A stretch of 64,000 nt of DNA from Gemmatimonadales bacterium (lineage in GTDB: Bacteria > Gemmatimonadota > Gemmatimonadetes > Gemmatimonadales > GWC2-71-9): contig JAXLXZ010000012.1 in assembly GCA_046327735.1 (NCBI GenBank), forward strand, positions 68,102 through 132,101. The letters are read 5' to 3'. The translations under genes and the position numbers were made by a program. Below the pieces are notes generated by a model. It made no database searches. It saw nothing but the letters and a program-made list of their open reading frames with translations, and had not been told where the DNA came from. This document shows positions 54,545-63,639 of the stretch, piece after piece (within the stretch, counting starts at the first letter, position 1; every line of letters begins with the position of its first letter).

Positions 54545-56008
54545 ATGCCTCCGGCGCTCGAGCTCCGCGAAATCCAGAAACAATTCGGCAGGGTCACCGC
54601 ACTCGCGGGGGTGGACTTCACCCTGCGGGAGGGGGACGTGCACGCGCTGCTGGGAGAAAACGGCGCGGGCAAGACCACCCTCATGCGGATCGCTTTCGGC
54701 CTGGTGCAGCCGGATCGTGGCACGATCGCCGTCCGGGGCGCTCCAACGCGCTTCGGGTCACCGGCCGATGCGCGCCGGGCCGGAATCGGCATGGTGCACC
54801 AGCACTTCACGTCGATTCCCGCCTTCACCGTGCGGGAGAACGTGATGCTGGCGGGGGGGTGGCGAGAGCGCCCCTCCGCCGCGGATGCGCGGATCCGCCA
54901 GCTCGGTGACCTGGTGGGATTTCCGCTCGACCCCGTGATGCCGGTGGCCAGCCTCTCGGCTGGGGAGAAACAGCGGCTCGAGGTGCTCAAGGCGCTGGCG
55001 GCCGATGCAAAGGTCCTCCTGCTGGACGAGCCGACCTCGGTCCTCTCGCCCGCCGACGGCGATGAGCTGCTCCGGCAGCTCGGCCGCCTCAAGGCCCTCG
55101 GGGTGTCGTCGGTCCTGATCACGCACAAGCTGGGTGAAGCGCTGCAGGTCGCCGACCAGATCACGGTGCTCCGGCAGGGACGGGTCGCGTTCAGCGGAGC
55201 TGCGGCGGGCCAGACCGCGCCGGCCCTGGCCGGTTACATGCTCGGCGAGGCACTGGCGGGGCAGGCCGAGCCGCTCGAGCCGCGGAAGCGCGGAGGTGGC
55301 GAGATCGTCGTGCAGGCGGAGGCGCTGGTGGTACCGCGGCTCGACCGCGGTGGGAGCGGCCTCCGGGGCGCGAGTCTCGAGCTCAGGGCCGGGGAGCTGG
55401 TCGGGGTCGCCGCGGTCGAGGGGAATGGGCAGCGGGAACTCTTCCGATCGCTGGCGGGGGTGATCCCGCCGTCGGGCGGCCGGCTGGTGGTGCACGGTGC
55501 CGTCAGCTTCGTTCCGGAGGATCGGAGCAGCGAAGCGCTGATCGAGGAATTCACGCTCACGGAAAACCTGGTCCTGAGCCAGGGAGACCGCGCGCCGTGG
55601 CTGCGGGGCCCGTGGATCCAGTGGCCGCTCGCGGCGGCGCGCACCGAGGCGCTGATCGCGCAATACGGCGTCCGGGCCCCGGGAGCGGCGGCCCGGGCCG
55701 GCAACCTGAGTGGCGGCAACCAGCAACGGATGATCCTCGCGGGGGCGCTGGAGCGGACCCCGCGGTTGCTGCTCGCGGAGAACCCGACCCGGGGCCTGGA
55801 TCTCAAGGCGACCGACGAGGTGATGCGCCGCCTGCGTGGCGCGGCCGACTCCGGGGTCGCGGTCCTGGTGCATCTCCCCGACCTCGATGACCTCCTCGGG
55901 CTGGTGTCGCGCGTCGTGGTCCTGTATCAGGGGCGGGTACTCGAGGTGCCGGCGGGGAGCAGTCGCGATCTGATCGGACAGATGATGCTGGGGGCGGGAG
56001 CGGCATGA
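54545..56008 (+). CDS. ABC transporter ATP-binding protein with duplicated ATPase domains (BMP/sugar-nucleoside uptake type)
   Basis: First domain: GENGAGKTTLM, LSAGEKQRLEVLKAL, LLLDEPTSVL. The second domain is degenerate: GVAAVEGNGQ, LSGGNQQRMILA. The internal ATG at 54545 was chosen. Confidence 0.92.
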   Translation: MPPALELREIQKQFGRVTALAGVDFTLREGDVHALLGENGAGKTTLMRIAFGLVQPDRGTIAVRGAPTRFGSPADARRAGIGMVHQHFTSIPAFTVRENVMLAGGWRERPSAADARIRQLGDLVGFPLDPVMPVASLSAGEKQRLEVLKALAADAKVLLLDEPTSVLSPADGDELLRQLGRLKALGVSSVLITHKLGEALQVADQITVLRQGRVAFSGAAAGQTAPALAGYMLGEALAGQAEPLEPRKRGGGEIVVQAEALVVPRLDRGGSGLRGASLELRAGELVGVAAVEGNGQRELFRSLAGVIPPSGGRLVVHGAVSFVPEDRSSEALIEEFTLTENLVLSQGDRAPWLRGPWIQWPLAAARTEALIAQYGVRAPGAAARAGNLSGGNQQRMILAGALERTPRLLLAENPTRGLDLKATDEVMRRLRGAADSGVAVLVHLPDLDDLLGLVSRVVVLYQGRVLEVPAGSSRDLIGQMMLGAGAA

Positions 56009-57054
56009 GTGCCTCGACCCGCGCGCGGGCCGTGGCGCTGGCGCTGCCGGTGGCGGCGGTCGGAGCGGGTATCGCGGTGCTTGCGCTGGCGCTGCTCGCC
56101 GCCGGGTTCGATCCGGTGCTCTCGCTCGGGGCGCTGTGGCGCGGCGCCTTCGGATCGAGCGATGCGATCCTCTCGGCCCTTCTCCCGCGGGCGATTCCCC
56201 TGATCACCATCGGCCTCGGGATCGGCCTCGCCTTCCGGGCGGGGGCGCTCAACATCGGGGCCGAAGGGCAGTTCTATGCCGGGGCGGTGGCGGCGACCTG
56301 GATCGGGCTGCTGCTCGGCGCCTGGCCCCGCTTTCTCGCGCTGCCAGTGGTGCTGGCGGCGGCACTGGCCGCGGGGCTCCTCTGGAGCGCGATCCCGATC
56401 CTGCTCCGGCTCCGCTTCGGCGTGCTGGAGGTGATCAGTACGCTGCTCCTCAACTTCGTCGCCGACGCGCTGGTCAGCTGGATGGTGCAGGGACCGCTCC
56501 AGGAATCGCGGCACGTCTATCCGCAGAGCGATCAGCTGCCGCTCTCGGTCCGGCTGCCCCAGCTGCCGGGGACCCGGCTCCACCTCGGCCTGCTCCTCGC
56601 ACTCCTGCTGGCGGTCCTGCTCTGGGCGTTCTTCCGCTACAGCCTTCCGGGATTCCGGTTCCGCGCGACCGGCGCGAATCCGATGGCGGCGCGTATCATG
56701 GGCGGGGTCGACACCCGCAAGGTGTTCGGGATCGCGCTGGGATGTTCGGGGGCGCTGGCGGGTCTGGCTGGCGGGTTCGAGGTCAGCGGGACGAGCTACG
56801 CGCTGTTCCAGAACCTCTCGCCCGGCTACGGCTTCACGGCGATCGCAGTGGCGCTGCTGGCGCGACTCGATCCGCTCGCCACGGTACTCTCGGGGGTGCT
56901 CTTCGCGGCGCTGGAGGCTGGCTCGAGCGCCATGCAGCGCGAAGCCGGGGTCCCCGCCGTGGTGGTGTGGGTGGCGGAGGCGGTGATCATCCTGGCGATC
57001 CTGGTGAGCGATGTGTGGCGCCGCCGTCGGCTGCATGCCGTGGAGGTGGCGTGA
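56005..57054 (+). CDS. ABC transporter permease (BPD_transp_2 family)
   Basis: About 9 TM helices, with NIGAEGQFYAG and FTAIAVALLARL motifs. ATGA overlap with the ATPase gene. Confidence 0.9.
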   Translation: MSASTRARAVALALPVAAVGAGIAVLALALLAAGFDPVLSLGALWRGAFGSSDAILSALLPRAIPLITIGLGIGLAFRAGALNIGAEGQFYAGAVAATWIGLLLGAWPRFLALPVVLAAALAAGLLWSAIPILLRLRFGVLEVISTLLLNFVADALVSWMVQGPLQESRHVYPQSDQLPLSVRLPQLPGTRLHLGLLLALLLAVLLWAFFRYSLPGFRFRATGANPMAARIMGGVDTRKVFGIALGCSGALAGLAGGFEVSGTSYALFQNLSPGYGFTAIAVALLARLDPLATVLSGVLFAALEAGSSAMQREAGVPAVVVWVAEAVIILAILVSDVWRRRRLHAVEVA

Positions 57055-57056
57055 CC

Positions 57057-57974
57057 ATGGACGCCGAACTGCTCACCGGATTCCTCGCCGCGGCGGTGCG
57101 GGTCGCCACGCCCCTGCTGCTGGCGGCGCTGGGCGAGACCATGGCGGAGCGGGGCGGGGTGATCAACCTCGGGATCGAAGGGGCGATGCTGGGTGGGGCG
57201 CTGGCCGCGGCGATCGGGGCGGCGCATGGCGGGGTGTGGGGTGGTACGCTCGCCGCGTGCGCCGCCGGCATCGCCGTCGCGGCCGTCTTCGCCCTGATCG
57301 TCATCAGGGCACGGGCGGACCAGATCATCACTGGAACCGCGATGACGCTCGGGATGGTCGGGCTCACCGGGGCCATCAACCGGCAGGCCTTCGGTGCGGC
57401 AGGGGTGGGCCTGACGCTTCCGACCTTTCCGGCGTGGAGCATCCCGGGGCTCGCCGCGATCCCGGTGATCGGCCCCGCCTTCTTCCGGCAGAGCGTGCTG
57501 ACGTATCTCGCCTTCCTGCTCGCGCCGATCTCCTGGTGGCTGCTCTACCGGACCCGTTTCGGGCTGGAGCTCCGTGCCACCGGTGAGTCGGCACACCACA
57601 GCCGCGCGGCGGGCGTGCGGGTCGAGCTGGTCCGCACGGGTGGCGTGCTGCTCGGTGGAGCGCTGGCGGGGCTGGCGGGCGCGAGCCTGGTGCTCGCCCA
57701 GGTGGGCACCTTCGCGGAGAAGATGACGGCGGGCCGGGGGTTCATGGCGATCGCCATCGTGGTGCTGGGGGCGTGGAACCCGCTGCGCGTATTCGGGGCG
57801 GCGCTCTTCTTCGGCGGGGCGATGGCGCTGCAGTTCCTCTTCCAGGCGCTGGGGCTGGGGGTGCCGTACCAGCTCTTCCTGATGCTGCCCTACCTGCTCA
57901 CCCTGGCCACCCTCGCGGGTGCGTGGGGCCGCACCGCCGCGCCGTCAGATCTCGGCAGGACCGAGGAGCGCTAG
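57057..57974 (+). CDS. ABC transporter permease (second subunit, BPD_transp_2 family)
   Basis: MDAELLTGFLAAAVRVATPLLLAALGETMAERGGVINLGIEGAML is the typical N-terminus of this family. The ATG lies 3 nt after the upstream stop, and only this part of ORF 56136-57974 is real. Confidence 0.9.
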   Translation: MDAELLTGFLAAAVRVATPLLLAALGETMAERGGVINLGIEGAMLGGALAAAIGAAHGGVWGGTLAACAAGIAVAAVFALIVIRARADQIITGTAMTLGMVGLTGAINRQAFGAAGVGLTLPTFPAWSIPGLAAIPVIGPAFFRQSVLTYLAFLLAPISWWLLYRTRFGLELRATGESAHHSRAAGVRVELVRTGGVLLGGALAGLAGASLVLAQVGTFAEKMTAGRGFMAIAIVVLGAWNPLRVFGAALFFGGAMALQFLFQALGLGVPYQLFLMLPYLLTLATLAGAWGRTAAPSDLGRTEER

Positions 57975-57980
57975 CGGGGC

Positions 57981-58727
57981 TCAGTCGCCGGCGTGTTCCT
58001 TCCGCATCACTTCCCGTTCGGCCATGATGATGTTGCGGATCCGCTCGGAGAGGGCGGGCACATCCTTGGTGGTGAGGCCGGTGGTCTCGACCGGGGTGAG
58101 GACCCGCACCTCGGCGTGCGAACGGCCGAATCGCCAGCCGTGCTTCTGCAGGGCCTCGCGGGTGCCGCGCACGACGATCGGGAGGATGGCGACGCCGCTG
58201 TCGATGGCCAGCCGGAAGGCGCCTTCCTTGAATGGCAGGAGTTCCTCGGTCTCGGAGCGGGTCCCCTCGGGGAACATCATCACGCTGACCTTCTCCTTCA
58301 GCACCTCCTGGCAGCGCCGCATCGCCTTGAGCGCGCTTTTGCGGGTTCCGCGCTCGACCGGCACGTCACCCGCCAGCCACATGTCCCATCCGAGCACCGG
58401 AATGCGGAGGATCTCCACCTTGGAGAGCCACTTCATTTCCCAGGGGAGATGGCTGATGAGCAGGATGTCGACGAAGGACTCGTGGTTGGAGATCACGACG
58501 TAGGGCCGGCGGGGATCGGCCGGCATCGTCCCGCTGACCTTGAAGCGCCAGAGGGGATTCAGGGTGGCGGTGACGACGGCGACCTGGCGAAAGAAGTACC
58601 CCGCCCAGTAGCGCCCCTTGTCGAAGGGCCAGGTGACCAGGCGGATGAGCGCGAGGATCGGCAGCCACACAACCAGCGTGGTGGCGAGGACCGCCCAGGT
58701 CCAGATCGACACCAGGGTCACGTACAT
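57981..58727 (-). CDS. plsC: 1-acyl-sn-glycerol-3-phosphate acyltransferase
   Basis: NHESFVDI (HX4D), FPEGTRS, and an N-terminal TM. The ATG at 58727 overlaps the upstream stop by 1 nt, and the remaining 230 codons of ORF 57981-59417 are out-of-frame shadow. Confidence 0.9.
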   Translation of the reverse strand: MYVTLVSIWTWAVLATTLVVWLPILALIRLVTWPFDKGRYWAGYFFRQVAVVTATLNPLWRFKVSGTMPADPRRPYVVISNHESFVDILLISHLPWEMKWLSKVEILRIPVLGWDMWLAGDVPVERGTRKSALKAMRRCQEVLKEKVSVMMFPEGTRSETEELLPFKEGAFRLAIDSGVAILPIVVRGTREALQKHGWRFGRSHAEVRVLTPVETTGLTTKDVPALSERIRNIIMAEREVMRKEHAGD

Positions 58728-59095
58728 CAGTCGGGCACCCGATCGTCCCAGAGCGCGAAGACGTTGCCGTCGGGGTCGGCGATCATGGCCATCACGCCGA
58801 ACGACTGGCGGGTCGGCTCGGCGATGAAGCGGACGCCACGCTCGTGCAGCCGTTCGCAGTAGGGGAGAATGTCCTCGACGTGCAGGGTGATGCCGGTATG
58901 CCGGCCGACCAGGGCGCGGCTTTCCGGGTGCACCGCCGGGTGGATACCGAGGTGGGTGGGCCCGTCGAGGAACTCGGCGCCGAAGGACCCCTCCTTCGTC
59001 ATGGGCAGCTCGAGGTCGTCGCGGTAGAACCGCTTGGCGCGCTCGATGTCGGTGACGAAGATGGCGATCGAATACAGGTTGGGCATGGGCAACAA
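58727..59095 (-). CDS. VOC (glyoxalase/bleomycin resistance/dioxygenase) family protein
   Basis: LYSIAIFVTDIERAKRFYRDDLELP...GITLHVEDI...MIADPDGNVFALW shows the typical paired beta-alpha-beta-beta-beta motifs. Confidence 0.85.
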   Translation of the reverse strand: MLPMPNLYSIAIFVTDIERAKRFYRDDLELPMTKEGSFGAEFLDGPTHLGIHPAVHPESRALVGRHTGITLHVEDILPYCERLHERGVRFIAEPTRQSFGVMAMIADPDGNVFALWDDRVPD

Positions 59096-59101
59096 GGTAA
59101 T

Positions 59102-60040
59102 TCAGCCGGCGGGCTTCCGGCTCTGCCGGGCGGCGGCCCAGTTCCGGCGCATCCGCTCCAGGCCGGGACGGCTGAGGGCGGTGTCCCCAAAGCGCCGCTC
59201 GAACTCCTCCGGCGTCATGTCGTCGAAGAGGCCCGGTGTGTCTCCACCCTCGAGGGGGCGGGGACGGAACGCCTCGATGCGGCTTTCCTCGGCGAATCGC
59301 TGGTTCCAGGGACAGACCTCGTTGCAGATATCGCAGCCGAAGGCCCAGCCCTCGAGGTGCGGGATGAACTCCGGGGGAATCGGCCCCTTCTGCTCGATCG
59401 TCAGGTAGGAGATGCACCGGCGTGCATCGAGCACCCGCTCCTCGACAAACGCGGCGGTCGGGCAGGCGTCGAGACAGCGGGTGCAGCTGCCGCAGTGGTC
59501 GGTCTCGAACGGTGTGTCAGGCGGAAGGGCGAGGTCGGTCAGCACCGCGCCGATGAAGAACCAGGAACCGAGCCCGGGGCGGATGAGCATGGTGTTCTTG
59601 CCGATCCACCCCAGCCCCGCGCGCTGGGCAAGCTCGCGCTCGGGGACAGGGCCGGTATCCACATACGGGCGCGCGGCCGCCGCCCCGTGAGCGGAGAGAA
59701 AATCGGCGAGCTGCTGCACCCGCTCGAGGGTTACCCGGTGGTAATCCGTGCCCCGGGCATAGCGGGCCAACCTCGGGCTCGTCGTCGGAGCCTCATCCTG
59801 GTAGTAGTAGTTATCAATAACAACAACAGCACGTGTGGCGGCCGTATCGGCTAACTGCGGATTCTTCCGCTTCTTAGCCTGCCGATTCAGGTACCGCATG
59901 TTGCCCCCGTACCCGGCCTTGAGCCAGCGGTCGAACTCCTGGGCGTGAGGGTTGGGATCGAGGGTGGTTACCCCACAGGCAACGAAGCCGAGGCGCAGGG
60001 CCTCGGCTTTGACGTTCTCGGCGGTGAGCGGCGACGCCAT
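59102..60040 (-). CDS. queG: Epoxyqueuosine reductase
   Basis: ARYARGTDYH, CGSCTRCLDACPT, RCISYLTIE and CDICNEVCPWN (two 4Fe-4S motifs plus the cobalamin region). Confidence 0.92.
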   Translation of the reverse strand: MASPLTAENVKAEALRLGFVACGVTTLDPNPHAQEFDRWLKAGYGGNMRYLNRQAKKRKNPQLADTAATRAVVVIDNYYYQDEAPTTSPRLARYARGTDYHRVTLERVQQLADFLSAHGAAAARPYVDTGPVPERELAQRAGLGWIGKNTMLIRPGLGSWFFIGAVLTDLALPPDTPFETDHCGSCTRCLDACPTAAFVEERVLDARRCISYLTIEQKGPIPPEFIPHLEGWAFGCDICNEVCPWNQRFAEESRIEAFRPRPLEGGDTPGLFDDMTPEEFERRFGDTALSRPGLERMRRNWAAARQSRKPAG

Positions 60041-61389
60041 CAGGCCCCGGCCGCGGGCGGCGGCAGCGCCGGGACGCGGTGCTCGCCGGTGGTCGACATC
60101 AGCTTGAGCCGGCTGTCTCCCCGACGTTTGGCCGCCCAGTCCCAGGTGATGAGCCGGGCTCCGCGTTCATAGGTGAAGTAGGCGAAGGCCCATTCGAGCA
60201 TCACCATGATGCGGTTGCGGAAGCCGATCAGGAAGAAGATGTGCACGAAAATCCAGATCAGCCACGCGAGCATGCCACCGAAGTGGAGGTGCCAGATGTC
60301 GCAGACGGCGTGGCCGCGGCCGATGACCGCGAGCTGTCCCTTGTCGAAGTAGGAGAAGGGGCGGCGCGCCTTCCCGTTGATATCGCCCCGGATGGTGCGT
60401 GAGGTGTACTGCCCCATCTGGATCGCCACCGGGCAGATGCCCGGGAGATAGCCGTAGGTCTTGTCAGGGAACGCCGCGACGTCGCCGAGGACGAAGACCT
60501 CGGGATGGCCCGGGATACTGCAGTCGGGCTCCACCAGCACGCGACCCACCCGGTCGAGCGGGACGCCCAGGCTCTTCGTCAGCGGGCTCGCGGCGTTGCC
60601 GGCGGCCCAGACGACGGTGCGGGTCGGGATGGTCCATCCGCCGGCGACGACATAGCTCGGGGTGACTTCGGTGACGAGGGTCTCGAGCCGGACCTCGACG
60701 CCCAGCCGGCGGAGTTCCCGCTTGGCCCGCTCGGAGAGCTCATCGGGGTAGCTGTTGAGGAGCCGGGGTCCGCCCTCGAGCAGCATGACGGTCGCTTCGC
60801 CGGGATCGATATGCCGGAAGTCGCGGCGGAGTGCGTAGCGGCGGACTTCCGCGAGGGCGCCGGCGACTTCCACGCCGGTGGGTCCGCCCCCAACGACGAC
60901 GAAGGTCAGGTGCGCGTGGCGCTTGACCGGGTCGGTCTCGCGTTCCGCGCGCTCGAACGAGAGCAGCACCCGGCGCCGGATCTCCTCGGCGTCTTCCATG
61001 CTCTTCAGGCCGGGGGCGTAGGCTTCCCAATCGTCGTGGCCGAAGTACGAATGCCGCACACCTGTGGCGATGATAAGGTAGTCGTAATTGATACTACCAC
61101 CATCTGCCAGCTGGATATTCCGGTCAGCGGCGCGGACCTCCGTGACCTCGGCCAGCATGACCTCCACGTTCCGCTGTTTCCGGAGAATCGAGCGGATGGG
61201 GGAGGCGATATCGGAGGGGGAGAGCGCGGCGGTCGCCACCTGGTACAGCATCGGCTGGAAGAGGTGGTGATTCTCGCGGTCGACGAGGGTGATGCGGACG
61301 GGGGCGTCGGCCAGTCCCTGGGTCACGTACAGGCCGGCGAAGCCGCCGCCGACGACCACCACATGAGGGACCTTGTTCTCAGCCATCAA
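60040..61389 (-). CDS. ndh: Type II NADH:quinone oxidoreductase (NDH-2) family FAD-dependent oxidoreductase
   Basis: VVVVGGGFAGL, a second dinucleotide fold VVGGGPTGVE, and GDVAAFP. It has a hydrophobic C-terminal extension (MLAWLIWIFVHIFFLIGF). Its stop overlaps the queG ATG by 1 nt. Confidence 0.88.
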   Translation of the reverse strand: MMAENKVPHVVVVGGGFAGLYVTQGLADAPVRITLVDRENHHLFQPMLYQVATAALSPSDIASPIRSILRKQRNVEVMLAEVTEVRAADRNIQLADGGSINYDYLIIATGVRHSYFGHDDWEAYAPGLKSMEDAEEIRRRVLLSFERAERETDPVKRHAHLTFVVVGGGPTGVEVAGALAEVRRYALRRDFRHIDPGEATVMLLEGGPRLLNSYPDELSERAKRELRRLGVEVRLETLVTEVTPSYVVAGGWTIPTRTVVWAAGNAASPLTKSLGVPLDRVGRVLVEPDCSIPGHPEVFVLGDVAAFPDKTYGYLPGICPVAIQMGQYTSRTIRGDINGKARRPFSYFDKGQLAVIGRGHAVCDIWHLHFGGMLAWLIWIFVHIFFLIGFRNRIMVMLEWAFAYFTYERGARLITWDWAAKRRGDSRLKLMSTTGEHRVPALPPPAAGA

Positions 61390-61419
61390 TCGGACTCGAC
61401 AGTCTCGGGGGAGCCGGGG

Positions 61420-61686
61420 CTACTGATCGAGGAAGCGCCGGCGCCAACGGGCGAAACGCAGAATGTCTTCGACCGGGGGAATCTCCCGCTCCTCCCCGTA
61501 AATCGTGTGCAGCCTCCAGGCCGCGTACTCCGGATCCGGCAGGGGAATGAACGGCACCCGGCGCCACCAGTCGCGCCGGCGGAAATCCCACCAGAGCGAC
61601 AACAGATCCAGGGCGGTTGGCGGCCACAGGATCGCGCGGACGGTGAGGGTTGCCAGCACTCCCGGCCAGGAGGTCGGCTCGGCCAT
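61420..61686 (-). CDS. Hypothetical small Trp/Arg-rich protein (88 aa)
   Basis: An ORF immediately upstream of ndh on the same strand. It has one hydrophobic segment (VLATLTVRAILWPPTALDLLSLWW). No family recognised. Confidence 0.45.
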   Translation of the reverse strand: MAEPTSWPGVLATLTVRAILWPPTALDLLSLWWDFRRRDWWRRVPFIPLPDPEYAAWRLHTIYGEEREIPPVEDILRFARWRRRFLDQ

Positions 61687-61742
61687 GGGGAATAAGATAG
61701 TCGAGGGGCGAAGCCAGCAGGGCAGGGGTATATTCTCGCCCC

Positions 61743-62891
61743 ATGACGCTCACCGCACCGGTGCACCGACTGGCCCGATACCGGGAGGAGTTCCCGATCT
61801 TCGAGCGGGCGGTCTACCTGAACAGTTGTTCGCTCGGGGCGCTGTCGCGCCGGGGACGCGCGGCGGTGAACAGCTACCTGGACCAGTGGGAGACCCGGGG
61901 GGCGTCGGCGTGGTACGACACCTGGCTCGGGGTCATGGAACGGGTGCGAGCGGGGTACGGCTGGGCGGTGGGGGCGGAGCCCGGCGCCATTTCCCTGCAT
62001 CCATGCATATCCTCGGCGCTCTCGGTGGTGGCGGAGTCGCTCGACTATCGCACCCGGCCCCGGGTGGTCACCACCAGCCTCGACTTTCCCACCGTCGCCT
62101 ATCAATGGCACGCCAAGCAGGCGCAGGGTGTCGACCTGGTCGTGGTCGAGAGCCCGGACGGCATCACGGTGCCGCTCGAGCGGCTGGCCGCGGCGATCGA
62201 CGAGCGGACCGCACTGGTCGCGACGAGCCACGTGTTCTTCACCAGCGGGGCGATCCAGGATGTTCGCGCGATCGCGGAGCTGGCCCACCGGCAGGGCGCG
62301 CTCGTCCTCATCGATGGCTACCAGGGCGCGGGCCAGCTGCCCGTGGATGTGGCCGCGCTGGACGTGGACTTCTACTGCTCCGGCGGCCTCAAGTGGCTGC
62401 TGGGCGGGTCGGGCATCGCGTTCCTGTACGTGCGGCCGAATCTCGCGACCCGGCTCACTCCCCGGATTGCCGGGTGGTTCGGGCACGCCACGCCGTTCCG
62501 GTTCGACCCGCATGCGCTCGAGCGCGCGGCCGATGCCCGGCGCTTCGACCTGGGCACGCCCTCGGTGGCGGCGCTCTATGCCCAGGAGAGCGGGCTTGCC
62601 CTGCTGCAGGAGATCGGGCTCGGCGCGGTACGTGAGGCCACCGCGGAGCTGACCGAGGCGCTGATCGCCGAGGCGCGCGAGCGGGGGCTCCGCCCCAAGG
62701 TCGCGGCCACACCCGCGACCCGCAGCGGAATCGTCATGCTGCCGAGTCCCGACCCCGCGCGTGACGTGAAGCGCCTCGCCGAGTCGGGCATCATCGTGGA
62801 TGCGCGCCCGGGGCACGTCCGGGTTTCTCCCTACTTCTACAATCTTCCCGAGGATCACCGCGTGATGCTGGAGCATTTCACCCGTGGCTAA
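61743..62891 (+). CDS. Aminotransferase class V fold PLP-dependent enzyme (kynureninase/cysteine-desulfurase-like)
   Basis: FPIFERAVYLNSCSLG, HVFFTSGAIQDV, and DGYQGAGQLPVDV..DFYCSGGLKWLLGGSGIAFLY (PLP-Lys context). Confidence 0.85.
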   Translation: MTLTAPVHRLARYREEFPIFERAVYLNSCSLGALSRRGRAAVNSYLDQWETRGASAWYDTWLGVMERVRAGYGWAVGAEPGAISLHPCISSALSVVAESLDYRTRPRVVTTSLDFPTVAYQWHAKQAQGVDLVVVESPDGITVPLERLAAAIDERTALVATSHVFFTSGAIQDVRAIAELAHRQGALVLIDGYQGAGQLPVDVAALDVDFYCSGGLKWLLGGSGIAFLYVRPNLATRLTPRIAGWFGHATPFRFDPHALERAADARRFDLGTPSVAALYAQESGLALLQEIGLGAVREATAELTEALIAEARERGLRPKVAATPATRSGIVMLPSPDPARDVKRLAESGIIVDARPGHVRVSPYFYNLPEDHRVMLEHFTRG

Positions 62892-63636
62892 TCCCCCGCA
62901 TCAGCCGCTCCGGCACAGCGCCCGCCAGAAGGGGCCGACCGCCGACGAGCTCCTGCTCGAGAGTGCCGAGCTGCCGGAGCGCCCCGACGCCCTGCGGAAG
63001 ACCGACCCCTGGCGCGTGCTCCGGATCATGGCGGAGTTCGTGGAGGGATTCGAGAAGCTGGGCGACGTCCAGGACGCGGTGGCGGTGTTCGGCTCCGCCC
63101 GGACCCTTCCCGATGACCGCTACTACCAGCTCGCGGTCACCACCGCCCGGCTCCTGGCGACCGCGGGCTTCCCGGTCATCACCGGGGGCGGCCCCGGCAT
63201 CATGGAAGCGGCCAACCTCGGCGCCGTCGAGGGCGACGGGCTCTCGATCGGCTGCAACATCGAGCTGCCGCACGAGCAGGGGACCAACCCCTACGTGCGC
63301 CGGAGCATGTACTTCCGCTTCTTCTTCGTGCGGAAGACGATGTTCGCGAAGTACTCCATGGCGTTCGTGGTCTTCCCGGGGGGCTTCGGCACGCTGGACG
63401 AGCTGTTCGAGGCCCTCACGCTGATCCAGACCGGGAAGGTGAGCAGCTTCCCGGTGGTGCTGGTGGGCAAGGACTACTGGGGCGGGCTGGTGGAGTGGCT
63501 GCGCACCACGATGTGCGCCGAGGGGAAGATCGCCCCGGAGGACCTGAACCTGTTCCATGTGACCGACGATCCGGCGGAGGTGCTCCGGATCATCCAGACC
63601 GCCAAGCAGAACGGCGGGAACAACCGAGTGAGCTGA
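62884..63636 (+). CDS. LOG family protein (TIGR00730-type, cytokinin riboside 5'-monophosphate phosphoribohydrolase-like)
   Basis: VAVFGSAR, VITGGGPGIMEAANLGA and PGGFGTLDELFEALTLIQTGK are the LOG signature motifs. Confidence 0.9.
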   Translation: MANPPHQPLRHSARQKGPTADELLLESAELPERPDALRKTDPWRVLRIMAEFVEGFEKLGDVQDAVAVFGSARTLPDDRYYQLAVTTARLLATAGFPVITGGGPGIMEAANLGAVEGDGLSIGCNIELPHEQGTNPYVRRSMYFRFFFVRKTMFAKYSMAFVVFPGGFGTLDELFEALTLIQTGKVSSFPVVLVGKDYWGGLVEWLRTTMCAEGKIAPEDLNLFHVTDDPAEVLRIIQTAKQNGGNNRVS

Positions 63637-63639
63637 GCC

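Noticed and set aside
57981-59417. 478-aa minus-strand ORF spanning plsC, the VOC gene and part of queG
   Set aside because: Only the last 248 codons (from ATG 58727) carry acyltransferase motifs. The upstream part is out-of-frame shadow of the VOC and queG genes.
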